DNA of 64,000 nucleotides from Ascidiella aspersa (taxonomy: Eukaryota), in the NCBI GenBank assembly GCA_963924565.1, contig OZ004609.1, forward strand, positions 5,208,001 to 5,272,000, read 5' to 3'. The notes beneath the pieces are model-generated. The model had not been told where the DNA came from. It made no database searches and saw only the letters and a list, made by a program, of their open reading frames with translations. A program made the position numbers and the translations under genes. Positions 54,482 to 64,000 of this stretch are shown here, piece by piece; position 1 is the first letter of the stretch, and each line of letters opens with the position of its first letter.

Positions 54482-57400
54482 TTACTCGGGGTTGTTTTCT
54501 ATGTTCGTTTGTGTTTGGATGTCATTTAATATGGTTTTAAATTTTACTTTTATTTTCCAAGTTGTTTCGTTTACAAATTCTTGTGGGTTATGCAGGTATT
54601 CGTTTTCTGTTGTAAGTTTGTTTTTTTCGGTTATTAGTATATGCTTTGTGAGAACCAGTAATTTTTGTTTGCTCAGACTGTGTTGAAATTCTGTTGGGTT
54701 TTGATTGTATAGGATGGCGTAGTGGTCTGGGGTAAAGGTGAATCCGTGTTCATGGGTTGCTATTTGATTAAGGTTTGTATATATTTTTTTTGTTATGTTG
54801 CATTGGCTTAGCAGGTGTTTTATATTGTCGTTGGGCCCGTGGCAGTAGTTGCATCTGTTTATTCGAATTTTTCCTGTTGATGTCCTGATTATGTTACGTG
54901 ATTTTCGGAAGTCGCCCCATTTGTATGCTTGGTGAGCCGTGAGGTAAGATGTTTGCCGTTCTGTATTATTAAATATTTTTTTTTGTTTCGGTTTGATTAA
55001 GTGTATATTTTCCCAGTTTATTGTTTTGTTTTCCATTTTTATTTCAGTATGTATTGCTTTTTTTTGGATAAGGATGTCGTAGATGGCTCGCATTTTGTTA
55101 TTTATCCAGTCGAAGTCGTTATGTGTTTCGTATATTGTATTGTAGTGTTTGATAATGAGTTGCCATTGTGGGTTAACTTGCTGCTGTTTAGGGTAGTGAT
55201 TGCCGAATAAGTGCGGGATGATGTGTTTTGCTTTAGTGCCCATTTGGTACATATACCAACTTTGAAAGGGTTGTGTGGGCTCGATGGTGTTTTTCATTTG
55301 TGATATTTTTTCCAGTTGAGCCGCAACAATTTTAGTTTCGAGGTCTGGCATTTGAATCCCACCGTTTCGTTTCGTGTTTATGAGTTTACGTCGCTTAATA
55401 GGTTCAATTTTTTTAGGGTGCCACAGGAATTCGTACAGTAATTTGTTTATTTCTTTTATTATTTTTTTTGTCGGTATGATAATACGTGCGATATGGATTA
55501 TTTGTGAGATCATTAGAGCATTTATAATGTGTATTTTCCCGTAAATTGTTTGGTTGAGTTTATTGAATTTGTGTTGTATGGCTTGTATTTTGTTTTTCGC
55601 TTTTATCCAGTTAATATTTATTAGTGAGTATTGCGTGTTGTAGTATATGCCTAGAATTTTAACTTGTTCTTTAATGTGTTGTGGGTATAGTTCTGAAAGT
55701 TGCGTTTTTATGAAGGGTGTAAAGGTAATAATTTGAGTTTTGTCCATGTTTAGTTTTTGTCCTGTTATATTTTGGTAGTTTTTGAGTTCCTTGAAGAGTT
55801 CCAGCGCACTGTTTTTGTCCGAGATATAGAATGTGTTGTCATCCGCAAATTGTTGTATAAAGATTTTTGTTTTGAATAGTTTAAAGCCTGTTATTTTTTT
55901 GTTCCTTTTTATCATTTTGTTTAAGATTTCTCCTATACAGGTGTATAGCAGCATACTAAGGGGACATCCTTGACGGAGGCCTCTTTTTATTGTGATTTTT
56001 TCAGTTAGCTCGCCGTTCACTTCCAGTTGGCTATTAATGTCTGTATATAAGATTTCTATCCATTTGATGAGGTTTTGATTGATTCCAAAAGATGTGAGGA
56101 TTTTTATGATTAGTTCGTGGTCTACTCGGTCAAAGGCTTTCTCAAAGTCTGTAAGTACGATTGCCAGTTCTTCTGATTTTGTTTTTGCGTACTCTATGGC
56201 TGAGGTGGTATTGTAATGGATATGTTCGATACGTCTGTCTTCTATGCCGCATTTCTGATCTATGTTTATTTTATCCTTTAATTTCTTTTTTAGCTTGTTT
56301 GTAATGATTTTGCTGAGAATTTTGTATTCCGTTGTTAAAACCGAAATCGGGCGCCAATTTTTAATTTCGTTTAGAGGTCCTTTTTTTGGTAGTAATTTGG
56401 TTATTGCAGTTTTCATCGTTTGCGTTAGATTTCCTTGTAGTTGTATATTAATGAAAAGCTCATGTAGATCTTCCTTTAGTTGTTGCCAAAAGTGTTGATA
56501 AAATTCCGAAGTCAGTCCATCGATTCCCGGGGTCGTGTTTTTGTTTAAATCTTTCATTGCTTTTGTTAGGTCGGTTAGTGGAAAAAATTTATCTTCTATT
56601 TTTTCTGTATTTGAGGTTTGTTCTGTTTTGAGTATTTTGTTTTGTCCGTTTATGTCTAGGTTGTCTTTTTTTCCCCATAAGTTGTAGTAGAAGTTGTGTA
56701 TTTCTGTTTTGATTTCCGCGTTGGTTTGTATTAAATTTCCTTTCTCGTCCTTGATTTTATCTATTTTTTGTTTTTCGCCGTTTTGTTTTTCTATTTGATA
56801 AAAGTGTCTGTCTGGTGTTTCATTTTCTGCTAGGTTTTTGATTCTGGAACGTATTTTCGCTCCCGCTGTGCGTTTTCTTTCCATTTCTTTCAGTTTTTCT
56901 ATAATTGATATGTATTGTTCGTTATGGGTTGTGTTTCTGCTATTCATTTTTGCATGTATTGATTTTAGTTTGTTTCTGAGTTCATTTTCTTCGATGTTTT
57001 CTGTGCGTTTTTTTTCGATGCAGTAAGTTATGGTTTCTTTTTTGATTTTCTTTTTGAGGTGTTCCCACCACGCTAGTAGGTGTGGGTGTTCGTCTTTTTT
57101 TGTTTTTTCGTGTTCTATGGTTTGTTTTATTGCGTTTGTGTATTTTTCGTCTTTCAAGATATCATTGTTTAGTTTCCAGTGTCCGTTTATAATTTTTTTT
57201 TTGTTAATTTTACCAATTGTTATGAATGGTGCTTGAGTGTGATCTGATAGTACATGTGGGATGTGTCCTGTTTGGTAGATTTTATTTGTGTTGTTGTCTT
57301 TGTTGTATATTCTGTCTATTCGTGTTGCTATTGTTGGGGTTACGCGTGTGTAGACTTTAGTATTGGGGTAGCGTTGCCTGTAGGTATCTTGTAAGCTAAG

Positions 57401-57982
57401 TTGTGTTTTTGCTTGTCGCCATTGTTTTCGGTCTTGTGTGTTGTGTGTATTTGTGTTTGTAGAGTCGCTATCGTGTTCTGTGAAGTTGAAGTCCCCCATT
57501 AGAATGAGGTCGTCGTAATAGTTTGCGTTTTGGTTTAGATATTTTTCTATCTCATGGATTTGGTTGGTTCTTTGTTTTATTTGTGCATTTGCTTGGCCAG
57601 ATTTTAGGTAGATATTCAGGAGTCTTGTTTTTTTATGGTTCTTGATTTCGTTTTTGTGTGTAAGTGTAATTTCTTGTATCCAGTTTTGTAGTATTATGTT
57701 TTGTTCGATGTCCCAGTTTGAATTGATTTCTTCCTTATATAATACGAGCGTGCCTTGCCAGAAATGTTTTACATTTTCGTTTGTGTTAATGTTTAGTATG
57801 TATTTAAGTTTTTCCTTTTCGGCCCAATTTTTAAGACTGTTTTCGTTTATTTTGTGGGTTTCTTGTATAAGGCAGATATCGATTTCGTTTTGTTTCATGA
57901 ATGTTCCTATTTGGTGTAGTTTCTTGTGTATTCCGTTAATGTTTAGTGTGCATATCTTTAATGTTGTGTTGGTGTGTGACAT
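54482..57982 (-). CDS. E8 ORF2: APE endonuclease-RT
   Basis: Complete motifs; ATG at 57982. Confidence 0.97.
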   Translation of the reverse strand: MSHTNTTLKICTLNINGIHKKLHQIGTFMKQNEIDICLIQETHKINENSLKNWAEKEKLKYILNINTNENVKHFWQGTLVLYKEEINSNWDIEQNIILQNWIQEITLTHKNEIKNHKKTRLLNIYLKSGQANAQIKQRTNQIHEIEKYLNQNANYYDDLILMGDFNFTEHDSDSTNTNTHNTQDRKQWRQAKTQLSLQDTYRQRYPNTKVYTRVTPTIATRIDRIYNKDNNTNKIYQTGHIPHVLSDHTQAPFITIGKINKKKIINGHWKLNNDILKDEKYTNAIKQTIEHEKTKKDEHPHLLAWWEHLKKKIKKETITYCIEKKRTENIEENELRNKLKSIHAKMNSRNTTHNEQYISIIEKLKEMERKRTAGAKIRSRIKNLAENETPDRHFYQIEKQNGEKQKIDKIKDEKGNLIQTNAEIKTEIHNFYYNLWGKKDNLDINGQNKILKTEQTSNTEKIEDKFFPLTDLTKAMKDLNKNTTPGIDGLTSEFYQHFWQQLKEDLHELFINIQLQGNLTQTMKTAITKLLPKKGPLNEIKNWRPISVLTTEYKILSKIITNKLKKKLKDKINIDQKCGIEDRRIEHIHYNTTSAIEYAKTKSEELAIVLTDFEKAFDRVDHELIIKILTSFGINQNLIKWIEILYTDINSQLEVNGELTEKITIKRGLRQGCPLSMLLYTCIGEILNKMIKRNKKITGFKLFKTKIFIQQFADDNTFYISDKNSALELFKELKNYQNITGQKLNMDKTQIITFTPFIKTQLSELYPQHIKEQVKILGIYYNTQYSLININWIKAKNKIQAIQHKFNKLNQTIYGKIHIINALMISQIIHIARIIIPTKKIIKEINKLLYEFLWHPKKIEPIKRRKLINTKRNGGIQMPDLETKIVAAQLEKISQMKNTIEPTQPFQSWYMYQMGTKAKHIIPHLFGNHYPKQQQVNPQWQLIIKHYNTIYETHNDFDWINNKMRAIYDILIQKKAIHTEIKMENKTINWENIHLIKPKQKKIFNNTERQTSYLTAHQAYKWGDFRKSRNIIRTSTGKIRINRCNYCHGPNDNIKHLLSQCNITKKIYTNLNQIATHEHGFTFTPDHYAILYNQNPTEFQHSLSKQKLLVLTKHILITEKNKLTTENEYLHNPQEFVNETTWKIKVKFKTILNDIQTQTNIENNPE

Positions 57983-58037
57983 GGTGTTCAAGAAAGAGGG
58001 GGAAGACGCAAAGGTTTAAAAATACGATTTATATATA

Positions 58038-59810
58038 TTAACCAATGGTGGCGTTTACTTGGACTATTATACCGGATGAGTTAACACTAATTTCGGGTGG
58101 TGTGTTCTGTATATTTCTTCGTTTGTTTTCTTCATCGTCGGTGGATAGTTGTCGTTTTCTTTCGTTTTCCAGGGGTGTTGAGTGCTGTATGGGGTTTGGG
58201 TTATTTGGTGTCGGTAATTCATCTTCTTTGGATTCTTCTTGGTTGGCTTCTTTTTTTGGCGGTTTTTTTCTTCTGTGTTTTGGTCTTTTTCTTGTTTTTT
58301 TTGGATGGTAGTTTTCGTCATCAGAAGGTTCCGTGTTGGTTGTATTGAAGTTTGGATAAAGATTGAGGAAGACAGACGAGTAGTCGTCGCTAGAAAGAGG
58401 GGGTGAGGAAGAGGAGGAGGAGGAGTGGGAGAGGGAGGAGGAGGGAGGGTTGTAGTCGTTGTCATGGTCGTCTGGTAACGATGCGATGGTTGAGGGAACG
58501 GAGTCAGGTGGGTCGGATAGGTTTGGCGGTCCTAGGTAGGGTGATTCGATTTTTTCAGTTGGAGGTGTATTTTGTACGGGGATATTTGGGGTGGATGGTT
58601 TGCTGTTTTGGTCTGGTTGGTTTCTTGCTTCTTCGTTGGTATGGTTAGATCCTGGGCTTATTGGCTTGTTATTTAGGTGGTCTGCGGAAGTTGACGGGAT
58701 GTTTTCTTGTATGTCTTGGGGTGCCGGTAGATTGGTTCGTTGCGGGTTTTCGTTTATGTTTTCTGTGTCCATTTTTTCATTTCCGTTTTCGTTATCAGGG
58801 ATTAGATTTTCTGCTATCTCGATAATTTCATCTTTCTTGTGTAGTTCTTTTTCTTTGCTGTGGGAATGATTTGTTGCGTTGGATTCGTTGCTTTGGTTTA
58901 AGGTGTGATTCGGGGTTGCCATGAATCCTTGGTTGAAGATTTCCTGTTTTCTTAGTCTTTCTTCTAACTGTTTGATTACGGCTTCCAAGGAGGCCGTATT
59001 TTTTGGGTCGAAACGGTTTGCTGGTGTTGACGTTCTGAAACCTTGCAATTTTGGGAATTCTCTGTCAAAGATTTGATCGTGTGTCTCGCTGGGTGGTTTG
59101 TTATGGAGGAGATCGCGGTCAAATTCTGGTGTTATAATTGGTTCGTTGGGGCAGTCTTTCATCAGGTGTCCTGTTTTAAAACAGAGGCGGCATGTTTGGG
59201 GGTTGGGACATTGGCTAGCCCAATGTCCCCTCTCGTTGCAATTTCTGCATACCGGTCCGAATGATTGGCCTGGTTTCACGATTTGTATCCTGTTTTTCTT
59301 GTAGAATATTTCCGGCTGGATGTTGTCAAGCTTAGGATCTACTAAGAATAGATTGACGTAGCCATTCATCTTATCTTGTCTTGATTTGTGCGTGCAAAAT
59401 TGAGTGCCTTTAGGTTTTCCCCATTGTAATTCAGACGCTATTTTAAAGATATGGTCTTGTGTCCATTCAAACGGGATCGGGAATAGGGTAATTTTGGTTT
59501 GGGGGAGGGTGGGTTCGAAAGATTTCAATTCTATTATTTGTCTATCTGATGTTCGGATTTCTTTACCGTTTTCTAGTTCTTTGTGAAGTCTATCTCGGTT
59601 ATATTGAAGGCGTGGATTTTCCTTATTAAATGTTATTTGGTAGGTTTGGTTCTTTCTGTTGAGTGTCCTTGCTCCTGTGATATTTTCATCATATTTTTTC
59701 AGTGCTTGTTCCTCATCGAACAATGATAGGAAGTTTATTATCGTAAAGTTCGATGTGTTACGAACTTGAATGTTTAGTGAACGTGTAGCATTATATTCTA
59801 ATATATTCAT
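58038..59810 (-). CDS. E8 ORF1 (family A), 590 aa
   Basis: Two CCHC knuckles. Confidence 0.93.
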   Translation of the reverse strand: MNILEYNATRSLNIQVRNTSNFTIINFLSLFDEEQALKKYDENITGARTLNRKNQTYQITFNKENPRLQYNRDRLHKELENGKEIRTSDRQIIELKSFEPTLPQTKITLFPIPFEWTQDHIFKIASELQWGKPKGTQFCTHKSRQDKMNGYVNLFLVDPKLDNIQPEIFYKKNRIQIVKPGQSFGPVCRNCNERGHWASQCPNPQTCRLCFKTGHLMKDCPNEPIITPEFDRDLLHNKPPSETHDQIFDREFPKLQGFRTSTPANRFDPKNTASLEAVIKQLEERLRKQEIFNQGFMATPNHTLNQSNESNATNHSHSKEKELHKKDEIIEIAENLIPDNENGNEKMDTENINENPQRTNLPAPQDIQENIPSTSADHLNNKPISPGSNHTNEEARNQPDQNSKPSTPNIPVQNTPPTEKIESPYLGPPNLSDPPDSVPSTIASLPDDHDNDYNPPSSSLSHSSSSSSSPPLSSDDYSSVFLNLYPNFNTTNTEPSDDENYHPKKTRKRPKHRRKKPPKKEANQEESKEDELPTPNNPNPIQHSTPLENERKRQLSTDDEENKRRNIQNTPPEISVNSSGIIVQVNATIG

Positions 59811-60850
59811 ACTTGTTTGTAGGGGAAAGGCGCAAAGGGAAGAAAGATACGGAGGGAATAGTGCGATACAAGAAAGGATACAACAAACAATGTGGTGAGT
59901 GTGTTTTTATTTTTTTTATTATTTACCGCTAGACGGCGCTAGAGAGCAGTGGATTTTTTTTGGGGTTCGCCACAAACTGTTTATTTTTTATTAACCGCTA
60001 GACGGCGTGGTGTGTGTTTTTTTGATTTGTCGGTAGATGGCGCTAGAGTGGCAAAAATTTGATCAGGGCTTCGCCTCAAACGCTTAAAAGGGTGGGGCGA
60101 AAAAACGACAGAGTACGAATACGATGACAGGCGGTAACAAGACAGTTAAGCTCCGCTGCAAGTTTTGGGATGTCAGGAAAAAAACAAACAAAAAGTACGA
60201 GCCAAATAGTGACGTCACTTCCGACGTCGAGGAATGAAAAATTTACAAGTATTAGAAACAGTAGTACCACTAAGGGGCAGTAGAGATCTCGAAAATTTGC
60301 CGGGAGCTTCGCTGTATTTTTAAATACGAGTAGGCGGAAAAAGTTCTAAGTCCGTCAAGAGAGTCTCTGAGACTTCTCTCGGCGTACTTAGAAGCGCAAA
60401 AAGCCACAAACACGACAAAAAATTAATAACGAGGCGAAAGAGGAGGCACCACTAATTGGCGCACTACTAGAACGTAGTTTACCCAAGTTGAAACACTTGG
60501 CGAGAAAGATTACAAAGGCGCAAAAAATCTACAATACGGTCAATAACAAACACACGATTAAAGTTAGATAGCGGTCTTTTGCTTAGAGCAAAGAGTCGGT
60601 TTTAGCACGATTAAGTACCACAAATAGTAGAAAAGTAACAACAGGTCCCTACAAAAGCCTGCCTGCCGCCCCTGCAACTGTTTGTTACAGCGGCTGCTGA
60701 CTAATGCCTTCTAGTAAGGCCTGACACACGAAGAGCGCAACAAAAACCTCTAATAGGTTGAAATTACAAAAGAGTACGTCACAAAGGTATATCCAAAAGG
60801 TTGAAAGGCTCGCAGTTGCGGGTGATTCTACGCAAATAAGATAAAGTCCG

Positions 60851-62017
60851 GGTGGAACAAGTTACCTTATTCAAATAGAATACTTTAAAATCGCGCGGCT
60901 AAGGCTTTATGCGAAGGCCAACTTTCAAAAACGCCAGTTTACTCAATATACGATTGTATGACTTCACCACCTATATAAGGGTGTCGCCAGAGAGGCGCTG
61001 GTAAGTATTCACCATGCTATGTGGTCACGTGGTACTTCGCGTTGTTCGAAATTTCTTGTCGCGCCCCGTTCGTTTCAACCGCGACATTTTTAACAAAAAA
61101 TTAACGCTCAAAAAGCCAACTCAACATTGATCCCAATGCATATCGCGCGCTGTGCCACTTCAAAGGGCGGCCTACACGCAAGAGAGAAGCGCCCTACGGT
61201 AAGTTGGAGGAAGCGTCACCTGCGAAAGCCACGGGGGTCGGGCAGACTTGCAAAGGAGAGAGAGGAGCTGATTTTGGTTATGGGAGAGTGGGCCAGGGCT
61301 ATACATGCATTTTCGCCATCTCTTAATTTGACAAAGGACGCGATTACGCGATTTGGGGATTTTGCTACATGAATGCAATACAGTGGGGGTAGCTTGGCTA
61401 AGCGATTGATTGGTTCTAAAAAATATTCCACCGTGGTGGAGCAACTTACCTTATTCAAATAGAATACTTTAAAATCGCGCGGCTAAGGCTTTATGCGAAG
61501 GCCAACTTTCAAAAACGCCAGTTTACTCAATATACGATTGTATGACTTCACCACCTATATAAGGGTGTCGCCAGAGAGGCGCTGGTAAGTATTCACCATG
61601 CTATGTGGTCACGTGGTACTTCGCGTTGTTCGAAATTTCTTGTCGCGCCCCGTTCGTTTCAACCGCGACATTTTTAACAAAAAATTAACGCTCAAAAAGC
61701 CAACTCAACATTGATCCCAATGCATATCGCGCGCTGTGCCACTTCAAAGGGCGGCCTACACGCAAGAGAGAAGCGCCCTACGGTAAGTTGGAGGAAGCGT
61801 CACCTGCGAAAGCCACGGGGGTCGGGCAGACTTGCAAAGGAGAGAGAGGAGCTGATTTTGGTTATGGGAGAGTGGGCCAGGGCTATACATGCATTTTCGC
61901 CATCTCTTAATTTGACAAAGGACGCGATTACGCGATTTGGGGATTTTGCTACATGAATGCAATACAGTGGGGGTAGCTTGGCTAAGCGATTGATTGGTTC
62001 TAAAAAATATTCCACCG
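60851..62017 (-). repeat. SL RNA gene tandem repeat, 2 x 584 bp
   Basis: SL exons at 60866-60881 (fused to E8) and 61450-61465 (intact). Confidence 0.95.
61416..61465 (-). ncRNA. Intact spliced-leader RNA gene
   Basis: Identical to 34769-34818. Confidence 0.9.
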
Positions 62018-64000
62018 TTTTTTTCTCTCTCTATGGGTTTATTTACATTAAACAAACGATAAACAAAGGCAATATAACGAAAACGAAAAATAAGAAAGAC
62101 CAAAACAAACGAAAGAATAATTTTTTATATAGTAGAAATGATAGAAATATGCTTCGATATTTGAGCCGGTATATTTGCAGGCTATTTAATTGGGAGTCTT
62201 TTTTAAGGTAGTTTGGACTTCGCGCGGTTTTAATGTGCTGTGTTACTTGTTACTAATAGCTAGGTTTTGGACTTATATTTGTAGTTGCGTTTTATATATA
62301 TGTGTCGATGTTTCGCTCTTAGTTATAGGACTATGTTTTTAAGGGAATTTTACACGGTTGGGTGATTTGCAGTGGTATGCAGGTTGAGTTCTTATATTTA
62401 TATGGACAACCATTGTTTTATATGCTACTACATCACGGTTGGGTGGTTAGCGGTATGTACGTTGATATGTTATATGTATACTATCAGGTAATGCTTTTTG
62501 TGCCACTGCACTTTGAGCTATTTTAGTTCAAGTTGTTGTGAAAAGGTAAGATTTTCGGCGGCGGGGTTTGAACCCGCGGTCTCAGGACTTGATACCCGGT
62601 GACTTAGCCACTCGGCTATTCAGTTATTGTGAGGAGGCGGTGAAAAGAGCGTATACGAATGACTAGTTTTGAGTTAAGGGGCTGTTTAGGCTGGGCTAGC
62701 TGGAAGTCATCCGCGGTTTGCGGATAGACATTTGCGTAGGTTGCAAGGGTGGCGAAGAAAACAAAAGGCGAGGAAAACAAATGTTTTAATAAGTAATATA
62801 ACATAAGGAAATTAAATCTATCTCTTGCCAAACCGACAAGGGACGGCAAAACATTAAGTAATGGTTAGGTATTCATCCGCATTTGGCGGAGGCTTAATAT
62901 GCGTATTAAAGCAATAAATGGCTTTTAATAAACAGGATAGGTACAAAAAGGCACAGAATATATATAAAAAAGCAATGTAGAATTAAATCTGCCCCTTGCC
63001 TAACCGGCAAGGGGCGGCAAATGACTTTAGGAAATAAGTAAATAAGATATTTATTAAGTCACGTGATTTAGCCTCATGTGCTTATTCACAAAAGAGGTTT
63101 AGGCAGTGAAATTTTTAGGCTAGGTTTTTGGATGGTTGTGTATATTAGTAAAGGGTTATGACTTATAGAGCGGTTTATGGTAAGAAGATTATGATAAGTA
63201 TTATCCAGTAGAGACGGTGACGTCACATTGTTTATACACATTACAGTCACTAGGCAACAGCCAGCTGTGTTTTGTTATTGTTATTGTTTTGGTTATATCA
63301 GCTGACCATTGCCTAGTGACGGCGGTTACATTTCAGGAAAATAGGCGTAAGAAATAAGTGTACAATTGAAAGAAATGAAGAATAAAATACGAAAACAATA
63401 TGGGATTGTCAAGAAGTATTCTCATGTTGGAATATTTCTGCAAGTGATAATTTAATAGGATTATTTCATGGTGGAGGGATACAAGATTTTGGATTTACTT
63501 TTATGAGGTGAGTTTTCTCTAGTTTTACGCCTACTCAATTAATATGTACACGCGCAAAAAAATATACAGGAAATTTTTAGTAGGTAATAAAGGCAAAAAA
63601 TTATTTTTAGTGTCTTAAAAGATGGAGCACAAGAAGAAGGTATTTCAGCTCTCACAGGGACTGCCAGAGGCTAAGCGGAATAAGAAAAGGTAATAATATT
63701 TAATTTAATTATTTTTACATTATGTAATTTTTGTTTTTATGGTTAAAGTATATTAATAACAATGTCAATTAGAGCAATATGATAAATGTGATGATAATGA
63801 ACATGGTAATGAATATTAGATAAGGTTTAAAAGCTGATAAAAGAGTTATAATAGAATTGAAGCGAATTAATTAAGGGGTGAATATTTGGAAAAGTAAGGG
63901 TTATATTAATTATTTAAGCGAGAGAGATATACATATTAAAATACTATAAGATTTTCGCTGCCGCTGTTAAATTCCACAGGAGTGTCAAGGTTGTAGAACT
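62018..64000 (-). mobile_element. E9: 3' part of a family C element (3' UTR and last ORF2 codons; continues beyond window)
   Basis: Same tail and junction as E6 and E7; tRNA-like box at about 62554-62625; ORF2 stop at 63936 (…NSGSENLIVF). Confidence 0.92.

Larger units (their letters stand above)
53642..60850 (-). mobile_element. E8: full-length intact family A element
   Basis: Intact ORFs, long poly(A) of about 24 nt, both ends in the SL intron. Confidence 0.95.

Overview
Eukaryotic DNA, most likely from an ascidian tunicate. It is a tandem array of a 584-bp spliced-leader (SL) RNA gene repeat on the minus strand, with a 16-nt exon ATTCTATTTGAATAAG that matches the Ciona SL as I recall it. 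The array is heavily invaded by L1/Tx1-like non-LTR retrotransposons (ORF1 with CCHC knuckles; ORF2 APE endonuclease + RT + C-terminal CCHC). There are 12 SL exon copies: 5 intact and 7 fused to an element 5' end. Nine elements (E1-E9) from three families, here called A, B and C, all lie co-directional with SL. Where junctions are visible, they sit at two fixed sites in the SL intron, with poly(A) tails and no TSD. The elements appear adapted to being transcribed from the SL promoter. Their first nucleotides are complementary to the SL exon and splice donor, forming a fold-back hairpin. The donor +5G is changed in 6 of 7 fused copies and in none of the intact genes. Family C also has a covarying long-range duplex joining the ORF1 start and stop codons, and a splice acceptor just before ORF2. 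All families carry a tRNA-like Pol III promoter in the 3' UTR. The left end holds two decayed elements, one interrupted by a hAT (SPIN/Charlie-like) transposon.
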